DNA of 47,999 nt, from assembly GCA_944383975.1 (NCBI GenBank), contig CALWRN010000063.1, forward strand, positions 1 to 47,999, in the 5' to 3' direction. This stretch comes from an uncultured Clostridia bacterium (GTDB taxonomy: Bacteria > Bacillota > Clostridia > Christensenellales > UBA1242). Of the stretch, positions 9,001 to 16,246 are shown in pieces (the first letter of the stretch is position 1; every line of letters starts with the position of its first letter). Under the pieces are notes generated by a model. The model did not search any database. It was not told where the DNA came from and was given only the letters and a program-made list of their open reading frames with translations. The translations under genes were made by a program, and so were the position numbers.

Positions 9001-11800
9001 AATAAGGATCTTTTGTTCCAACCTCAAAATATATTCCATCATCATCGCTATTTTCCCAAATAACACTTTCTATTCTTTGTGCATTTTTAATAGTGATAGA
9101 AATTGGAGTATAAATATCAGTTACAACCTTTCCTGCTTCATTTTTTAATATATAGTGAACTAGCAAATCATCGTAAAAGGCATGGTCACTCATAGTTGTA
9201 AGAGCCACCACATCAAAGCTTAATGAATTTGAAGTTCTTGAAATATTTGTTATTGAATAGCGTCCATTTTCCCATGTTATGCTATTTCCACTTATAGTTT
9301 GTTCTCCCATAACAGGATTTCCATTAGAATCACTTCTAAGTGAAACAAACTCAAAGTTAGACATATCATAATATGTAACTTGGCTATTGCTAAAGTTAAT
9401 AGTAATTCTTTTTGTTGTTTCATCTTGATCTCTTGTTGCAACTGTATCGTTTGCATAAAGAGAAACTTGTTTATTTGCATTTGGAGTTATATTTAATCCA
9501 TCTGGACCAACATAACTTTCAATTAAGATAATTCTTATTAATGTTACATTTCCATTATCATCAACATTATCTACACCTTTTCCAGTGAAAGATAAAACTG
9601 CATATGTAAATCCAACACTCTTTGTTATAATATTTGAGTTATTGTTTGAGAAATTTGCAACTCCACTTATTTGTTCAACATTTTCTCTAGATTTATTGAT
9701 AATTTCTGCTACACCAGCAGGACTATTAATTAAGTTTTTATATTCTTGCAACTCAAGTCCAGATTGAGAATAATCATAATAAGAAACAGATAATTTTGCT
9801 ACAGCATTTTGGCTTCCAACTAAATTATAAGAATAAATAACAGGTGTTGTTGATCCATTCTTTAGCATCAATCTTGAAACACTGTTAGAAGCATTGTCGT
9901 ATAATACTTCTCCTGTTGTAGAATAAATGATATTTGAATAATCTCTATCGGTAACTGAGTTTGAAACATTTTTTGTATCTTCTAATACACCAACATTTTT
10001 AAGTGGTAAGAAGATATCAATATTAAATTTATCGCTTATCAATCCATTTTCATGTGCTATTTGATAAGAATCTAAAGAAGTTACACCATAGCTTGTATTT
10101 TTTAAAGTTAAAACAATGTCAAATGTAACAGAATCTTCGTCGTTTGAAACTTTCTGAGGAGCAGAAATGTCAACATGTTGACTATTGTTAATGATATATA
10201 ATCCCTCTACACTTGTTTGTCCTTTAAGTGTAAATGTTTTTCTTATTGTAACTCCAGTTTGAACACTGCTGTCAACTCTAAAATCAGCATCTTCAAATAC
10301 AAAATCATTAATTGAAACACTTCTTACAAGTTTTACATTAAATGATGTAGATACTTCATTATTATCTTCACTTGTAAAAGTTAAAGAAATTCCGCTATAA
10401 GATTGAACTTTTAAAGTGCTAGATGCTTTAATATAAATTTTATTTACATTTGGCAAATTATTTTCGGTTGTAACATAATCACCACTAGCAGGGTCTTCAA
10501 CTAATGGAATTTGTGTCCAGATATTGCCATTTAATGTATCTCTATACCAAATTTCAACAGGACAGCCTTCTGCAATAGCCTCACCTGCACTCTCTCTATG
10601 AACTGAAATTGAATATCTGTTTGTTGCACCAATAACAGTTGTTGGTGTTATTGAAACATTAAATTCTTTACCTTTTTCAGAAGTCCCTGCATAATCAGTA
10701 TATATTGTTTGCTCACTGCCTTCAATATTTCCTGCATTACCAGTAGATATTACAATTCCATTTACTTTTTCTCTTAAACTAATGTTAATTGGACAAGTAG
10801 CAAGAGAATTAATTGAATAATCGTAATTTGTATATCCAATTTCAAAATATATGATATAATCTCCGTTAATATTTACCTTATCTTTATTTGCGTAAACTTT
10901 AAATAAAGGTCTGTCATTATATTGAGCATATCTAACAACGGTAACATCTGTTGTTTCAACACCCGCTTTTGTTGTTACAACAGGAGTAATGTCCAATTCT
11001 CCAGCATAATTAACACTGATAAATCCTTCATAGAAATCATCTGTAGGAACATTTGGAACAATAGTATAACTTTGATTTGAATCTATTTCTTGAAATTCAC
11101 TATTTTCGCTATAAGACCATTCAAAAGAAACATCTGATTCAATTTGACTAACTACAGGTAAAGTAATTAAAGTTGAAATTCCATTTTCTGTAGTTGCTTT
11201 AAGAATAATTGAATCTTGTAGATATTCATTAGTTATAGTCAATAAATTTCCATCAATACTTGCACCAGTCATTTCTTGAGTGTCATTTTCAAATGTCCAA
11301 GTAATTGTTCTTCTACTATTTTGAGATGGTTGGAATTCAATTAAATTATTTTCAATTAAAGTATTCGTCATTCCTCTAATTGCAAAGTTTTTCTTCTTTG
11401 TTACTTCTTCAGTCTTTTGAGTCATTGAAGTAACTTCACTATAAACATCAACTGTTATAGTTTTATATGCATTGCCTTGGTTTGTTCTAACAACAACTTC
11501 AGCATATCCTTCTTTAAGACCTGTAATTGTAATTAGTGTCTTTCCAGAAGTTGTTGGCTCGGTTGATAATTTTACAATATTTTCATAACCATTAGCACTA
11601 ACAGAAATAGAGGTGTCACTTGCATTAGAAACCTCAGCAGTTACTGTTTCATAACCACCGTCAACATCTCCAGAATATAATTCTATCTCCACACTTTGTT
11701 GTGATAGAGTAAGCACAGGTTTTTCACTTCCACAAGCTGATAAAATAGAAGCACCTACTAAAAGAAATATACTTAAAAGTCCGACGAAAAACTTTTTCAT
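1..11800 (-). CDS. Giant surface lipoprotein (>3,930 aa, 3' end beyond window): Ig-like repeats plus GLUG-motif beta-solenoid modules
   Basis: ATG at 11800 with AGGAGG RBS; N-terminus MKKFFVGLLSIFLLVGASILSAC-GSEK has a lipobox. The same frame reads sensibly at 8580 (IKVTVADGRSFEHAY), 5000 (YSDPDLPLTISNASQF), 3070 (VMVGGLAGY) and 2-60 (INIGSIVGYASASVNRIDIN). Absence from the ORF track fits no stop before the window edge. Confidence 0.92.
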   Translation of the reverse strand, partial: MKKFFVGLLSIFLLVGASILSACGSEKPVLTLSQQSVEIELYSGDVDGGYETVTAEVSNASDTSISVSANGYENIVKLSTEPTTSGKTLITITGLKEGYAEVVVRTNQGNAYKTITVDVYSEVTSMTQKTEEVTKKKNFAIRGMTNTLIENNLIEFQPSQNSRRTITWTFENDTQEMTGASIDGNLLTITNEYLQDSIILKATTENGISTLITLPVVSQIESDVSFEWSYSENSEFQEIDSNQSYTIVPNVPTDDFYEGFISVNYAGELDITPVVTTKAGVETTDVTVVRYAQYNDRPLFKVYANKDKVNINGDYIIYFEIGYTNYDYSINSLATCPINISLREKVNGIVISTGNAGNIEGSEQTIYTDYAGTSEKGKEFNVSITPTTVIGATNRYSISVHRESAGEAIAEGCPVEIWYRDTLNGNIWTQIPLVEDPASGDYVTTENNLPNVNKIYIKASSTLKVQSYSGISLTFTSEDNNEVSTSFNVKLVRSVSINDFVFEDADFRVDSSVQTGVTIRKTFTLKGQTSVEGLYIINNSQHVDISAPQKVSNDEDSVTFDIVLTLKNTSYGVTSLDSYQIAHENGLISDKFNIDIFLPLKNVGVLEDTKNVSNSVTDRDYSNIIYSTTGEVLYDNASNSVSRLMLKNGSTTPVIYSYNLVGSQNAVAKLSVSYYDYSQSGLELQEYKNLINSPAGVAEIINKSRENVEQISGVANFSNNNSNIITKSVGFTYAVLSFTGKGVDNVDDNGNVTLIRIILIESYVGPDGLNITPNANKQVSLYANDTVATRDQDETTKRITINFSNSQVTYYDMSNFEFVSLRSDSNGNPVMGEQTISGNSITWENGRYSITNISRTSNSLSFDVVALTTMSDHAFYDDLLVHYILKNEAGKVVTDIYTPISITIKNAQRIESVIWENSDDDGIYFEVGTKDPYYMLLQTSPTNAKNNNMAYIVTDENGGYTTDFVSVSSNYSANTLAVNLPSMINEGMIGYIYVLPEDAIYNNAIKYYYLDNDKEKSSSISVTALGTIKDVSTQQTWYEYLVEEGYFKSITSADSEKNISFADVLLKIKVTVADGRSFEHAYRIYDASGFVGMKSDLYYTVMNSIDLTGASLGNENYRMTFSGGLQGYSSDVTVKLNGYNFTDLLAQGATIRNITFSGNVTNNAGFVVGNNEGTISNVTVDVDDIYSSTLTITNGNVPNVGGIAGINNSLIENSRVLGLTIDVPYNDTFVGGIAGQNAGIIRGAVVEFYKLANRNSTTEDDKYIANTFTGYTVGGLVGKILNGSTIERSYVYDYNISSDSGSVLIGYASSAQTGNFAGAVDDTTPDVTKIDYSFSVLNEGNPYFGYVNENEKVKITNSYIGYYAVNVYTTLYLPDDVMINDNYVEEGETGFLSYVNNGKAHLKDLYQDEKVSDVSGYSIQTTDTTFTNGYYKAIGVSGNQGILFNYKLKDNPNDLTTSEQNDINELNTISLAELVGQDNISRNIIISSSSSSILKIVGSDIVVNRTGDVILTLSSKQDVSINKEIYVKVIYAMSDIVVSWTDVSGYTNVVENDSLSYLQKTKTRDYIVNFEKTSVILGNTAQRFDLVENDNINMTITLSGNTESNQTLISYQKISNEVFKFTANDTSVETKVNLSAVVFENQTVGDDDSESEKIFKSEEYQNAINKTFARNFNIIPVDGVITFEISGNNLPITPSTNGTVRVQIETTDKDDYIIPQVRYNDEELSILRQDSLYSYLLPKDEGTANYILDARVSLVSNPLNPENGVYTFIYDVNFAVNNSYKNRISDDFVFNVSFISKSGNDSRDGTTNGSFDLTITKQNFTNVDVSNIRITNSYYSKEGNEYVTVHETGSKTGVLAPGNSSILQININPSFAYYDYMDISYSGATVSNAVNIELVKPYNGRTDRFARATDSNVQTVGSALRFTPTADEKESGVIYFKLWINSTVNSDSTIKFTIRFNESEGNEITFVNYYLSISYLKEPIITVDGKDTAYLAKGSSAEVEITVLADQTVESPIVVGDDVRGINISSLSEGIIDEIKGTKTYTATLSASVLAGVAESANDTFYVQATVNRDLNGIVESKVTTATVVLVDFKVDTNNVEIANSDDNHIEVWLGVPKTFDVNYNLIPEEYNYDASDEESSNVVSELMAARNSFATKLYYPANEQDAKNSNYLINYVYDENTKEPVAQTLVDRLYYVINGNELVHVNDASVVENSPIEFIQSGDDVVVVGKTMGATVELVLKTYISAGGLTSEYRTHFTVTVEAYSDPDLPLTISNASQFKNLNPANYDEISQNDYILTNDIVLENFTPFDSSMIRSLDGNGYTIFIKSFNVEPESNTLNLALFNTVADSTVLKNVRVNLYNGGQLTIDISRYTSINIAGIAITNRGTITNSEVVAFYSEEREMGDVLMVDSCLLHNNPTGINVKYINGRNTTEEVYLTQNSKWTSNIAGFVLTNQGSITNSRVGGDSITIIDSEKLENGSPIGYTYASTLKLGTFNIVGQGNMAGFVLSNAGAIASSFVKQLDMDNKSQSTDFYTSGFAGSNSSSIITSYVEGVDTPNTVAERSVYAKEGSSIKSTLGYVVGFIYTNNGNVKDSYSNILISNSTDTSRVYLASGFVYINRGVLENCYSASQITNSKFTQMNFSGVDNEGNLLAEGTYTNCYFFNKAYESFEDTNDTTTESQFGTGALMVTNPSDISNFYGFAIADGENDGIWRKENVGADSEGKTKTSITLIETNNISHSHRYTHYLDDNSDYDGIVGENEQGKYILPYSTLQFLETGLEINTSLGTKSNPILVADYQDFIEVTGTSTSSYVNAYFDDEMIWGTYRLVDDIDLSKLISSDNSVVLPSTMKSFAGIIYGNGFEISGISITSDTSRVSFGLFSSIESRKGSTPIITNLDITLNQVIAGDVVMVGGLAGYIKDSTIVNIDLIFNENSSVTGLNFAGGLAGLTFGNNIIKNITISSPTVTADRYSYSTDSDYLTSVGLAPFRTGLKNDLNYSTSINSLTIKNMQNYSYAGAAIGFVDNYVVESTEFNINQSDTYSINNIRVSGIVNIQAQVAGGIFGLTGYQTHVRDAGITIDGSSSSNSSHIIATKYFAGGVVGQAFGTLSRVFSVHSENTQNEIENNMSNFYMGNTQMERGILDLFSTTDGEYSQEAIGGIAGYVGSGKLEISYSKLNATSPTARYAGGLVGIMDLVDAKSYQADTDLAAQPSYTRYFINEAYATGDVRVNLNNEIGRAGGLIGAIKGEGSRVSLLAVNAFNYFTTYNYLTKEYGNVLAAGNASINYKVNSMVGDFINSDSSVVSGNNYSMYLTFMQAKEEASGNTAGAGSDTEGSDSTGDGGDLVQVNIPSIGYYQNYLANGFEITLNVFDGYSAQMVNSENESVTQEYLYAIASPSLYNSAESGHSYTQEGFLNSGAWATANWTHPSDELFPSIKYQRTTDFIYLDYYNAAEVFAMLSGGANYTVVVRGLESENAENIYKDINLKAIEEEYGVEIPSISGFSGRIIGQGYKDENTKEDVKIIAENNFITSVGTGFSIEDLTITYTGENGVINLTDDGQGNAGLLIKSAATEINVSNVTLDIQAPIMVDGTKTTGENIKIGVVAPSITSSSITNLTLKTSQNSFTLLQLNGLNDKEEIYAGLIAGELIQNSSISIMQVEGIKLELLSDLISLNNSSAKNYYVGGYFGKTQIGENAQDLRLTITDLISKSNAGEILDTNILLGNVTQTATDGGLYLGGYIGKVEGLGVLGTFEEKTINIKLNFLINGDSNIQNLYSGLLIGQKDSPSLNFDGQNSTVEGGLYVDQQNNTNLSIGNLVAGGIIGSNNGGAVKLSELNSINFEIVDDGLDYVKLNKNDLKTSNYNGAVKVNNANVGVVIGETKAQFSFTGTASTTYINDSTISTRNSIRIEGKEEQEKPSINIGSIVGYASASVNRIDIN

Positions 11801-12061
11801 TTTACCTCCTTGTTTAATATCTGTAATTTCAAGATATTTAAACATAAACCATCAAATTTCAACTATCGTTTTTTTGTTTTACAACAAGAATTGAAAATAT
11901 TTTTTGCCTTAAGAAATTAAAAAACCTCCAAAAACTTTAAGTAATGCTTTGCAGGTAATGTTTCATTTGTTTTATTTGTTTAAAGAAGAATTTTTAGTTT
12001 TACTTAAGCCAATAACATTAGAAATCAGATTAATAAAGCAACACAATTCTTGTATAGAAAG

Positions 12062-12091
12062 ATTATACATTTTTAATATTAAAAATGTCAA
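12062..12091 (-). promoter_or_regulatory. Sigma-A promoter for the giant gene, with a 22-bp perfect palindrome over the spacer
   Basis: Minus strand TTGACA-18 nt-TATAAT; palindrome ACATTTTTAATATTAAAAATGT at 12067-12088. Confidence 0.7.
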
Positions 12092-12216
12092 ATAAAATAG
12101 ATATATTAAATATTATAAATAATAAATACTTTTCTTGTATTTTTTAATATTGAAATAAATTAAAACATTTTAAAATTTATTTTTTTAAACATATTTATTT
12201 ATTTTTTAATTAATTT

Positions 12217-12245
12217 TTGATTAATTTATGTTTTTTTGATATAAT
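12217..12245 (+). promoter_or_regulatory. Sigma-A promoter for ttcA
   Basis: TTGATT-17 nt-TATAAT with extended -10 TG. Confidence 0.55.
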
Positions 12246-12272
12246 CATAAAGAAATTAAAAGGAAAAACAAA

Positions 12273-12983
12273 ATGCAAAGAATTTTGAGTGCCTTAAGAA
12301 AAGCATGCGAAGAATACAACCTTATTGAAGATGGAGATAAAATTGCTGTTGGCTTATCAGGTGGAAAGGATAGCTTAACACTTCTTTATGCCCTTAGCCT
12401 ATATCAAAAATATTTTGACAAAAAGTTTTCTTTAGAAGCAATAGCTGTTGACTTAAGTGGTGGGAAAAACGACTATTCTGAGATAAAAAAGTTTTGTGAT
12501 AAGATAAATGTAAACCTTACAATTGTTCCATCAAATATTTTTGAAGTTGTTTTTGATATTAGAAAAGAAAAAAATCCATGTTCATTATGTGCAAATATGC
12601 GCCGTGGAGCCTTAAACAGCACGGCAAAATCTTTAGGTTGCAATAAAGTGGCTCTCGGTCATCACAAAGATGATATGATTGAAACATTTTTAATATCTTT
12701 ATTCTTTGAAGGAAGATTGTCAACTTTCAAACCAAAATCCTATCTTACAAATACAGGGCTTTATGTAATCAGACCTTTGATTTATTGCGATGAAAAAGAA
12801 ATAGTAAGAGTAAGCAAAGATTTTCCTATTCTTTTTAATATCTGCCCTGCAGATAAACATACAGAAAGAGAAAATGCAAAGGGTATTTTAAATGAATTGA
12901 ATACATTATACCCTGACAGCAAAGAAAAAATTTTTAATGCAATAATTCATAAAGAAAGATATAATTTATACGATAAAATATAA
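12273..12983 (+). CDS. ttcA: tRNA 2-thiocytidine(32) synthetase TtcA
   Basis: PP-loop SGGKDS, PCSLC..RRG, GHHKDD, IRPL motifs. Confidence 0.88.
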   Translation: MQRILSALRKACEEYNLIEDGDKIAVGLSGGKDSLTLLYALSLYQKYFDKKFSLEAIAVDLSGGKNDYSEIKKFCDKINVNLTIVPSNIFEVVFDIRKEKNPCSLCANMRRGALNSTAKSLGCNKVALGHHKDDMIETFLISLFFEGRLSTFKPKSYLTNTGLYVIRPLIYCDEKEIVRVSKDFPILFNICPADKHTERENAKGILNELNTLYPDSKEKIFNAIIHKERYNLYDKI

Positions 12984-13115
12984 TAAAATAATAAAATAAA
13001 AATTATTAAAAAAAATAATAATTAACTAAAAAATTATAAAAAATAGCAAAAAAAATCAATTTTTATTATATTTTTCTTTATTTTTTATTAAATTAATTAA
13101 ATATTTTATTATAAT

Positions 13116-13144
13116 TTGACAAAATTTAATTACAATTTTACAAT
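13116..13144 (+). promoter_or_regulatory. Sigma-A promoter for gpmI
   Basis: TTGACA-17 nt-TACAAT upstream of AAGGAG RBS and ATG 13167. Confidence 0.6.
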
Positions 13145-13166
13145 CTATTTTAAAGGAGATTTTTAT

Positions 13167-14669
13167 ATGGTAACGTTGGTTATTTTAGATGGATTTGGTC
13201 TTAGAAAAGAAAAGTTTGGAAATGCGATAGCAGCTGCTGGAACACCCAACCTTGATAAGCTTAAAGACAGATATGCATATGGTCAACTTGAGGCAAGTGG
13301 AACCTATGTTGGACTTCCAAAAGGACAAATGGGAAATAGTGAAGTTGGACACCTTACATTAGGTGCAGGAAGAGTAATTCTTCAAGACTTAATGAAAATA
13401 GATGATGAAATAAAAAGTGGTCGTTTTTTTGAAAACAAGAATTTGATTAAAGCAATTAATCATGCAAAAGAAAACAATTCATCTTTACATATAATGGGCT
13501 TATTATCAGATGGAGGTGTTCATTCTCATATCAGACACCTTTTTGCTATACTTGACATGGCAAAAAAATATAATCTTTCTAAAGTCTATATCCATGCCTT
13601 TCTTGATGGAAGAGACACTCTTTACAACAGCGGAATCTCATATCTAAAAAAACTTGAAGATTATATTAAAGATACACCTTTCAAGATTGCTTCAATTTCT
13701 GGAAGAATTTATGCAATGGATAGAGAACAAAGATATGAAAGACTTGAAAAAGCATATAAAGTAATTGTTGATGGAGATAACTATCAAAATTTATCTGCAA
13801 TTGATGCAATACAAAAAAGCTATAATGAAGGTATATATGATGAATTTGTGATTCCTACCCTTCTTATAAAAGATGGAACCATTAAAGACAATGATTCAGT
13901 TATTTTCTATAATTATCGCTCTGATCGTGCAAGAGAAATCACTTTTGCTTTAACAGATGACAAGTTTGATAAATTTAAAACCACAAAATTCAAAAATCTT
14001 TTATTTTCTCCTATGGAAGAATATTCTTCAGAATTTAAAAACTTAAACGTCCTATACCCTCCTGAACAAATCACTGACAATCTCTCTGCAATTATTTCAG
14101 AACATGGACTTAAACAATTTCACATAGCAGAAACTACTAAATATGCCCATGTTACATTCTTCTTTAACGGAGGAATAGAAAAACCATACAAAGGTGAAGA
14201 AAGAAAACTTATTGAAAGTATTGATACACAAGATTTTTCTTACTACCCTAAAATGAGAGCAATTGAAATCACAGAAGCAACTCTTGACGCAATTGCATCA
14301 GCTAAATATGATTTTATATTAGTCAATTATTCAAATCCGGATATGATAGGACATACAGGAAATTTTGAATCCACTAAAGATGCAATTAAATGCGTAGAAA
14401 AACAAGCTTATGCTCTTGCCCTTGCAACAATAATGGCTGGTGGAGATTGCATCATTACTGCTGATCATGGAAACGCAGAATATATGATTGATGATAAAGG
14501 AAATAAGGTTACATCTCATACTTCAAATCCGGTCCCTGTTTATATCATAAGTGAAAAAAATAAAAAAATTAAGATTAAAAAAGGCAAGTCTATTGCAAAC
14601 GTTGCCCCAACTGTTTTAAAACTTTTAAATATAGATATTCCTAAAACAATGGAAGAACCTTTATTTTAA
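13167..14669 (+). CDS. gpmI: 2,3-bisphosphoglycerate-independent phosphoglycerate mutase
   Basis: ILDGFG, GQMGNSEVGH, SDGGVHSH, DGRD, NPDMIGHTG, TADHGNAE; start moved to ATG 13167 (RBS AAGGAG). Confidence 0.96.
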   Translation: MVTLVILDGFGLRKEKFGNAIAAAGTPNLDKLKDRYAYGQLEASGTYVGLPKGQMGNSEVGHLTLGAGRVILQDLMKIDDEIKSGRFFENKNLIKAINHAKENNSSLHIMGLLSDGGVHSHIRHLFAILDMAKKYNLSKVYIHAFLDGRDTLYNSGISYLKKLEDYIKDTPFKIASISGRIYAMDREQRYERLEKAYKVIVDGDNYQNLSAIDAIQKSYNEGIYDEFVIPTLLIKDGTIKDNDSVIFYNYRSDRAREITFALTDDKFDKFKTTKFKNLLFSPMEEYSSEFKNLNVLYPPEQITDNLSAIISEHGLKQFHIAETTKYAHVTFFFNGGIEKPYKGEERKLIESIDTQDFSYYPKMRAIEITEATLDAIASAKYDFILVNYSNPDMIGHTGNFESTKDAIKCVEKQAYALALATIMAGGDCIITADHGNAEYMIDDKGNKVTSHTSNPVPVYIISEKNKKIKIKKGKSIANVAPTVLKLLNIDIPKTMEEPLF

Positions 14670-14746
14670 AAATATATTTAAATACAATTAAAATTAAAAA
14701 ATACTTAAGTATATTTTTAAAATTTACAAAAATTTAAAGAAAAATT

Positions 14747-14776
14747 AAAAAAAACAAGCATTTTTGCTTGTTTTTT
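14747..14776. terminator. Bidirectional intrinsic terminator between convergent genes
   Basis: AAAACAAGCA-TTTT-TGCTTGTTTT hairpin flanked by A and T tracts. Confidence 0.7.
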
Positions 14777-14801
14777 ATTGTTTTTACTAAAATTATTCTT
14801 T

Positions 14802-15413
14802 TTATATATAATTTATTAATTCACTATCCTCATCAATTTGATCTTCTTTTTGCAACTTTTCCAGTCTGTTATATATTTTAAGAAGTTTAGGTCTTATATA
14901 TCTCTGAACAAGCATTGGCATAATATGCAATAAGGCATTCAACAAAAATATTGGCAATGACATTGTAAAGAAAAATTGTTTAGGCAAGATTATCAAAACC
15001 AAGATTCCAGATATTGCAGATAATAAATGTAAAGTTTCTGCTATACAAGTTTCAGTCAAAAATTTAAAAATATATTGTGGGTTATTAGGTTCTTTGCATT
15101 TATTTTTTGCAAAACCTCCAAGTTTTCCCAATTCTGGAATTACATCTTTCCATTTTTTTATTTTTAATTTTAAATATATATTTTTCTCTCTTGGAGAAAT
15201 TTTATATATTCTCCTAAAAGGATTAAACCACTTTTCTGGAACAATTCTTGTAGTAATAGTTATTAAAGTTGATGATACACCACATATTAAAATTGCAATA
15301 AAAAGCCATAGCAACATAGTTTCTATTGAAACATCAATAGATTGCACATAAAATATGTTTCCGGTAATCAAGACTATCAAAAAAATTAATATAATTGATA
15401 AATATAATTTCAT
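14802..15413 (-). CDS. CrtO-family (glycosyl-4,4'-diaponeurosporenoate acyltransferase-like) membrane protein
   Basis: LKIKKWKDVIPE, ETCIAETLH, QRYIRPKL motifs with hydrophobic helices. Confidence 0.7.
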   Translation of the reverse strand: MKLYLSIILIFLIVLITGNIFYVQSIDVSIETMLLWLFIAILICGVSSTLITITTRIVPEKWFNPFRRIYKISPREKNIYLKLKIKKWKDVIPELGKLGGFAKNKCKEPNNPQYIFKFLTETCIAETLHLLSAISGILVLIILPKQFFFTMSLPIFLLNALLHIMPMLVQRYIRPKLLKIYNRLEKLQKEDQIDEDSELINYI

Positions 15414-15600
15414 TCTTAACCTAAAATTATTTTAACATCATAATTAAAAAAAATCAAACAATAATTTTTGTTTTTTGATATTTATAATTTTAATGTTTAA
15501 GAATATAAGTATAGATTAATATAGATAAATATTAATTTTTCTATATCATGAATTAAATACAACTCAATTTTACCACTTACAAAAGTAACTGATAGCAATA

Positions 15601-15630
15601 AAAAACGATAGACCTTTGTCTATCGTTTTT
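15601..15630 (-). terminator. Intrinsic terminator of the tRNA operon
   Basis: AAAAACGATAGAC-CTTT-GTCTATCGTTTTT hairpin directly after tRNA-Lys CCA. Confidence 0.85.
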
Positions 15631-15706
15631 TGGTGGCCTACCCGGGATTCGAACCCGGGACCCCTTGATTAAAAGTCAAGTGCTCTACCGACTGAGCTAG
15701 TAGACC
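15631..15706 (-). tRNA. tRNA-Lys(UUU)
   Basis: GGTCTAC...GTAGGCC-A-CCA; anticodon arm CTTGA-CTTTTAA-TCAAG; GTTCGAATC. Confidence 0.97.
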
Positions 15707-15791
15707 AAAAATATTAAACAAAAACTTATATTAAAATAAAATATTGAGGGAGAGAAATTTGTTTTCCAATGAAAACATATAAGTTTTTGTT

Positions 15792-15866
15792 TGGCTGGGG
15801 TGGCAGGATTTGAACCTACGAATGCAAGAATCAAAATCTTGTGCCTTACCACTTGGCGACACCCCA
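15792..15866 (-). tRNA. tRNA-Gln(UUG)
   Basis: TGGGGTG...CACCCCA-G-CCA; anticodon arm CAAGA-TTTTGAT-TCTTG. Confidence 0.97.
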
Positions 15867-15891
15867 ATATTGTCGCTTATTTCCCCTACTA

Positions 15892-15967
15892 TGGCTGGGG
15901 TGGTAGGATTCGAACCTACGCAATGTTGGAATCAGAATCCAATGCCTTACCACTTGGCGACACCCCA
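15892..15967 (-). tRNA. tRNA-Gln(CUG)
   Basis: Same acceptor as Gln(UUG); anticodon arm TTGGA-TTCTGAT-TCCAA. Confidence 0.97.
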
Positions 15968-15987
15968 TCAATTTTAGGAATGTTTTA

Positions 15988-16064
15988 TGGGGTGATCTAA
16001 GGGGGTCGAACCCTTGACCTCCAGAGCCACAATCTGGCGTTCTGCCAACTGAACTAAGACCACC
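15988..16064 (-). tRNA. tRNA-His(GUG) with encoded G-1
   Basis: GGTGGTCT...AGATCACC-CCA; anticodon arm CCAGA-TTGTGGC-TCTGG. Confidence 0.97.
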
Positions 16065-16074
16065 ATAGTTTTTT

Positions 16075-16151
<77 letters not shown>

Positions 16152-16156
16152 CCATA

Positions 16157-16230
16157 TGGAGCAGGTGAAGGGAATCGGACCCTCGCAACCAGCTTGGAAG
16201 GCTAGTGTTCTACCACTGAACTACACCTGC
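16157..16230 (-). tRNA. tRNA-Gly(UCC), T-loop variant TCCGATT
   Basis: GCAGGTG...CACCTGC-T-CCA; anticodon arm CTAGC-CTTCCAA-GCTGG. Confidence 0.95.
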
Positions 16231-16246
16231 ACATATTGACTATAGC

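Noticed and set aside
1513-9767. Short ORFs listed in the first 10 kb
   Set aside because: All are antisense or out-of-frame shadows of the giant lipoprotein gene.
11801-12055. c-di-GMP or other known riboswitch
   Set aside because: I could not find the conserved aptamer motifs.
13116-13166. Upstream start extensions in the ORF track (gpmI; also PHP, SHOCT, infA and the 47905 ORF)
   Set aside because: Downstream ATGs have clear RBSs; the gpmI extension overlaps its promoter.
15791-16000. 69-aa ORF MAGVAGFEPT...
   Set aside because: Antisense translation of tRNA genes.
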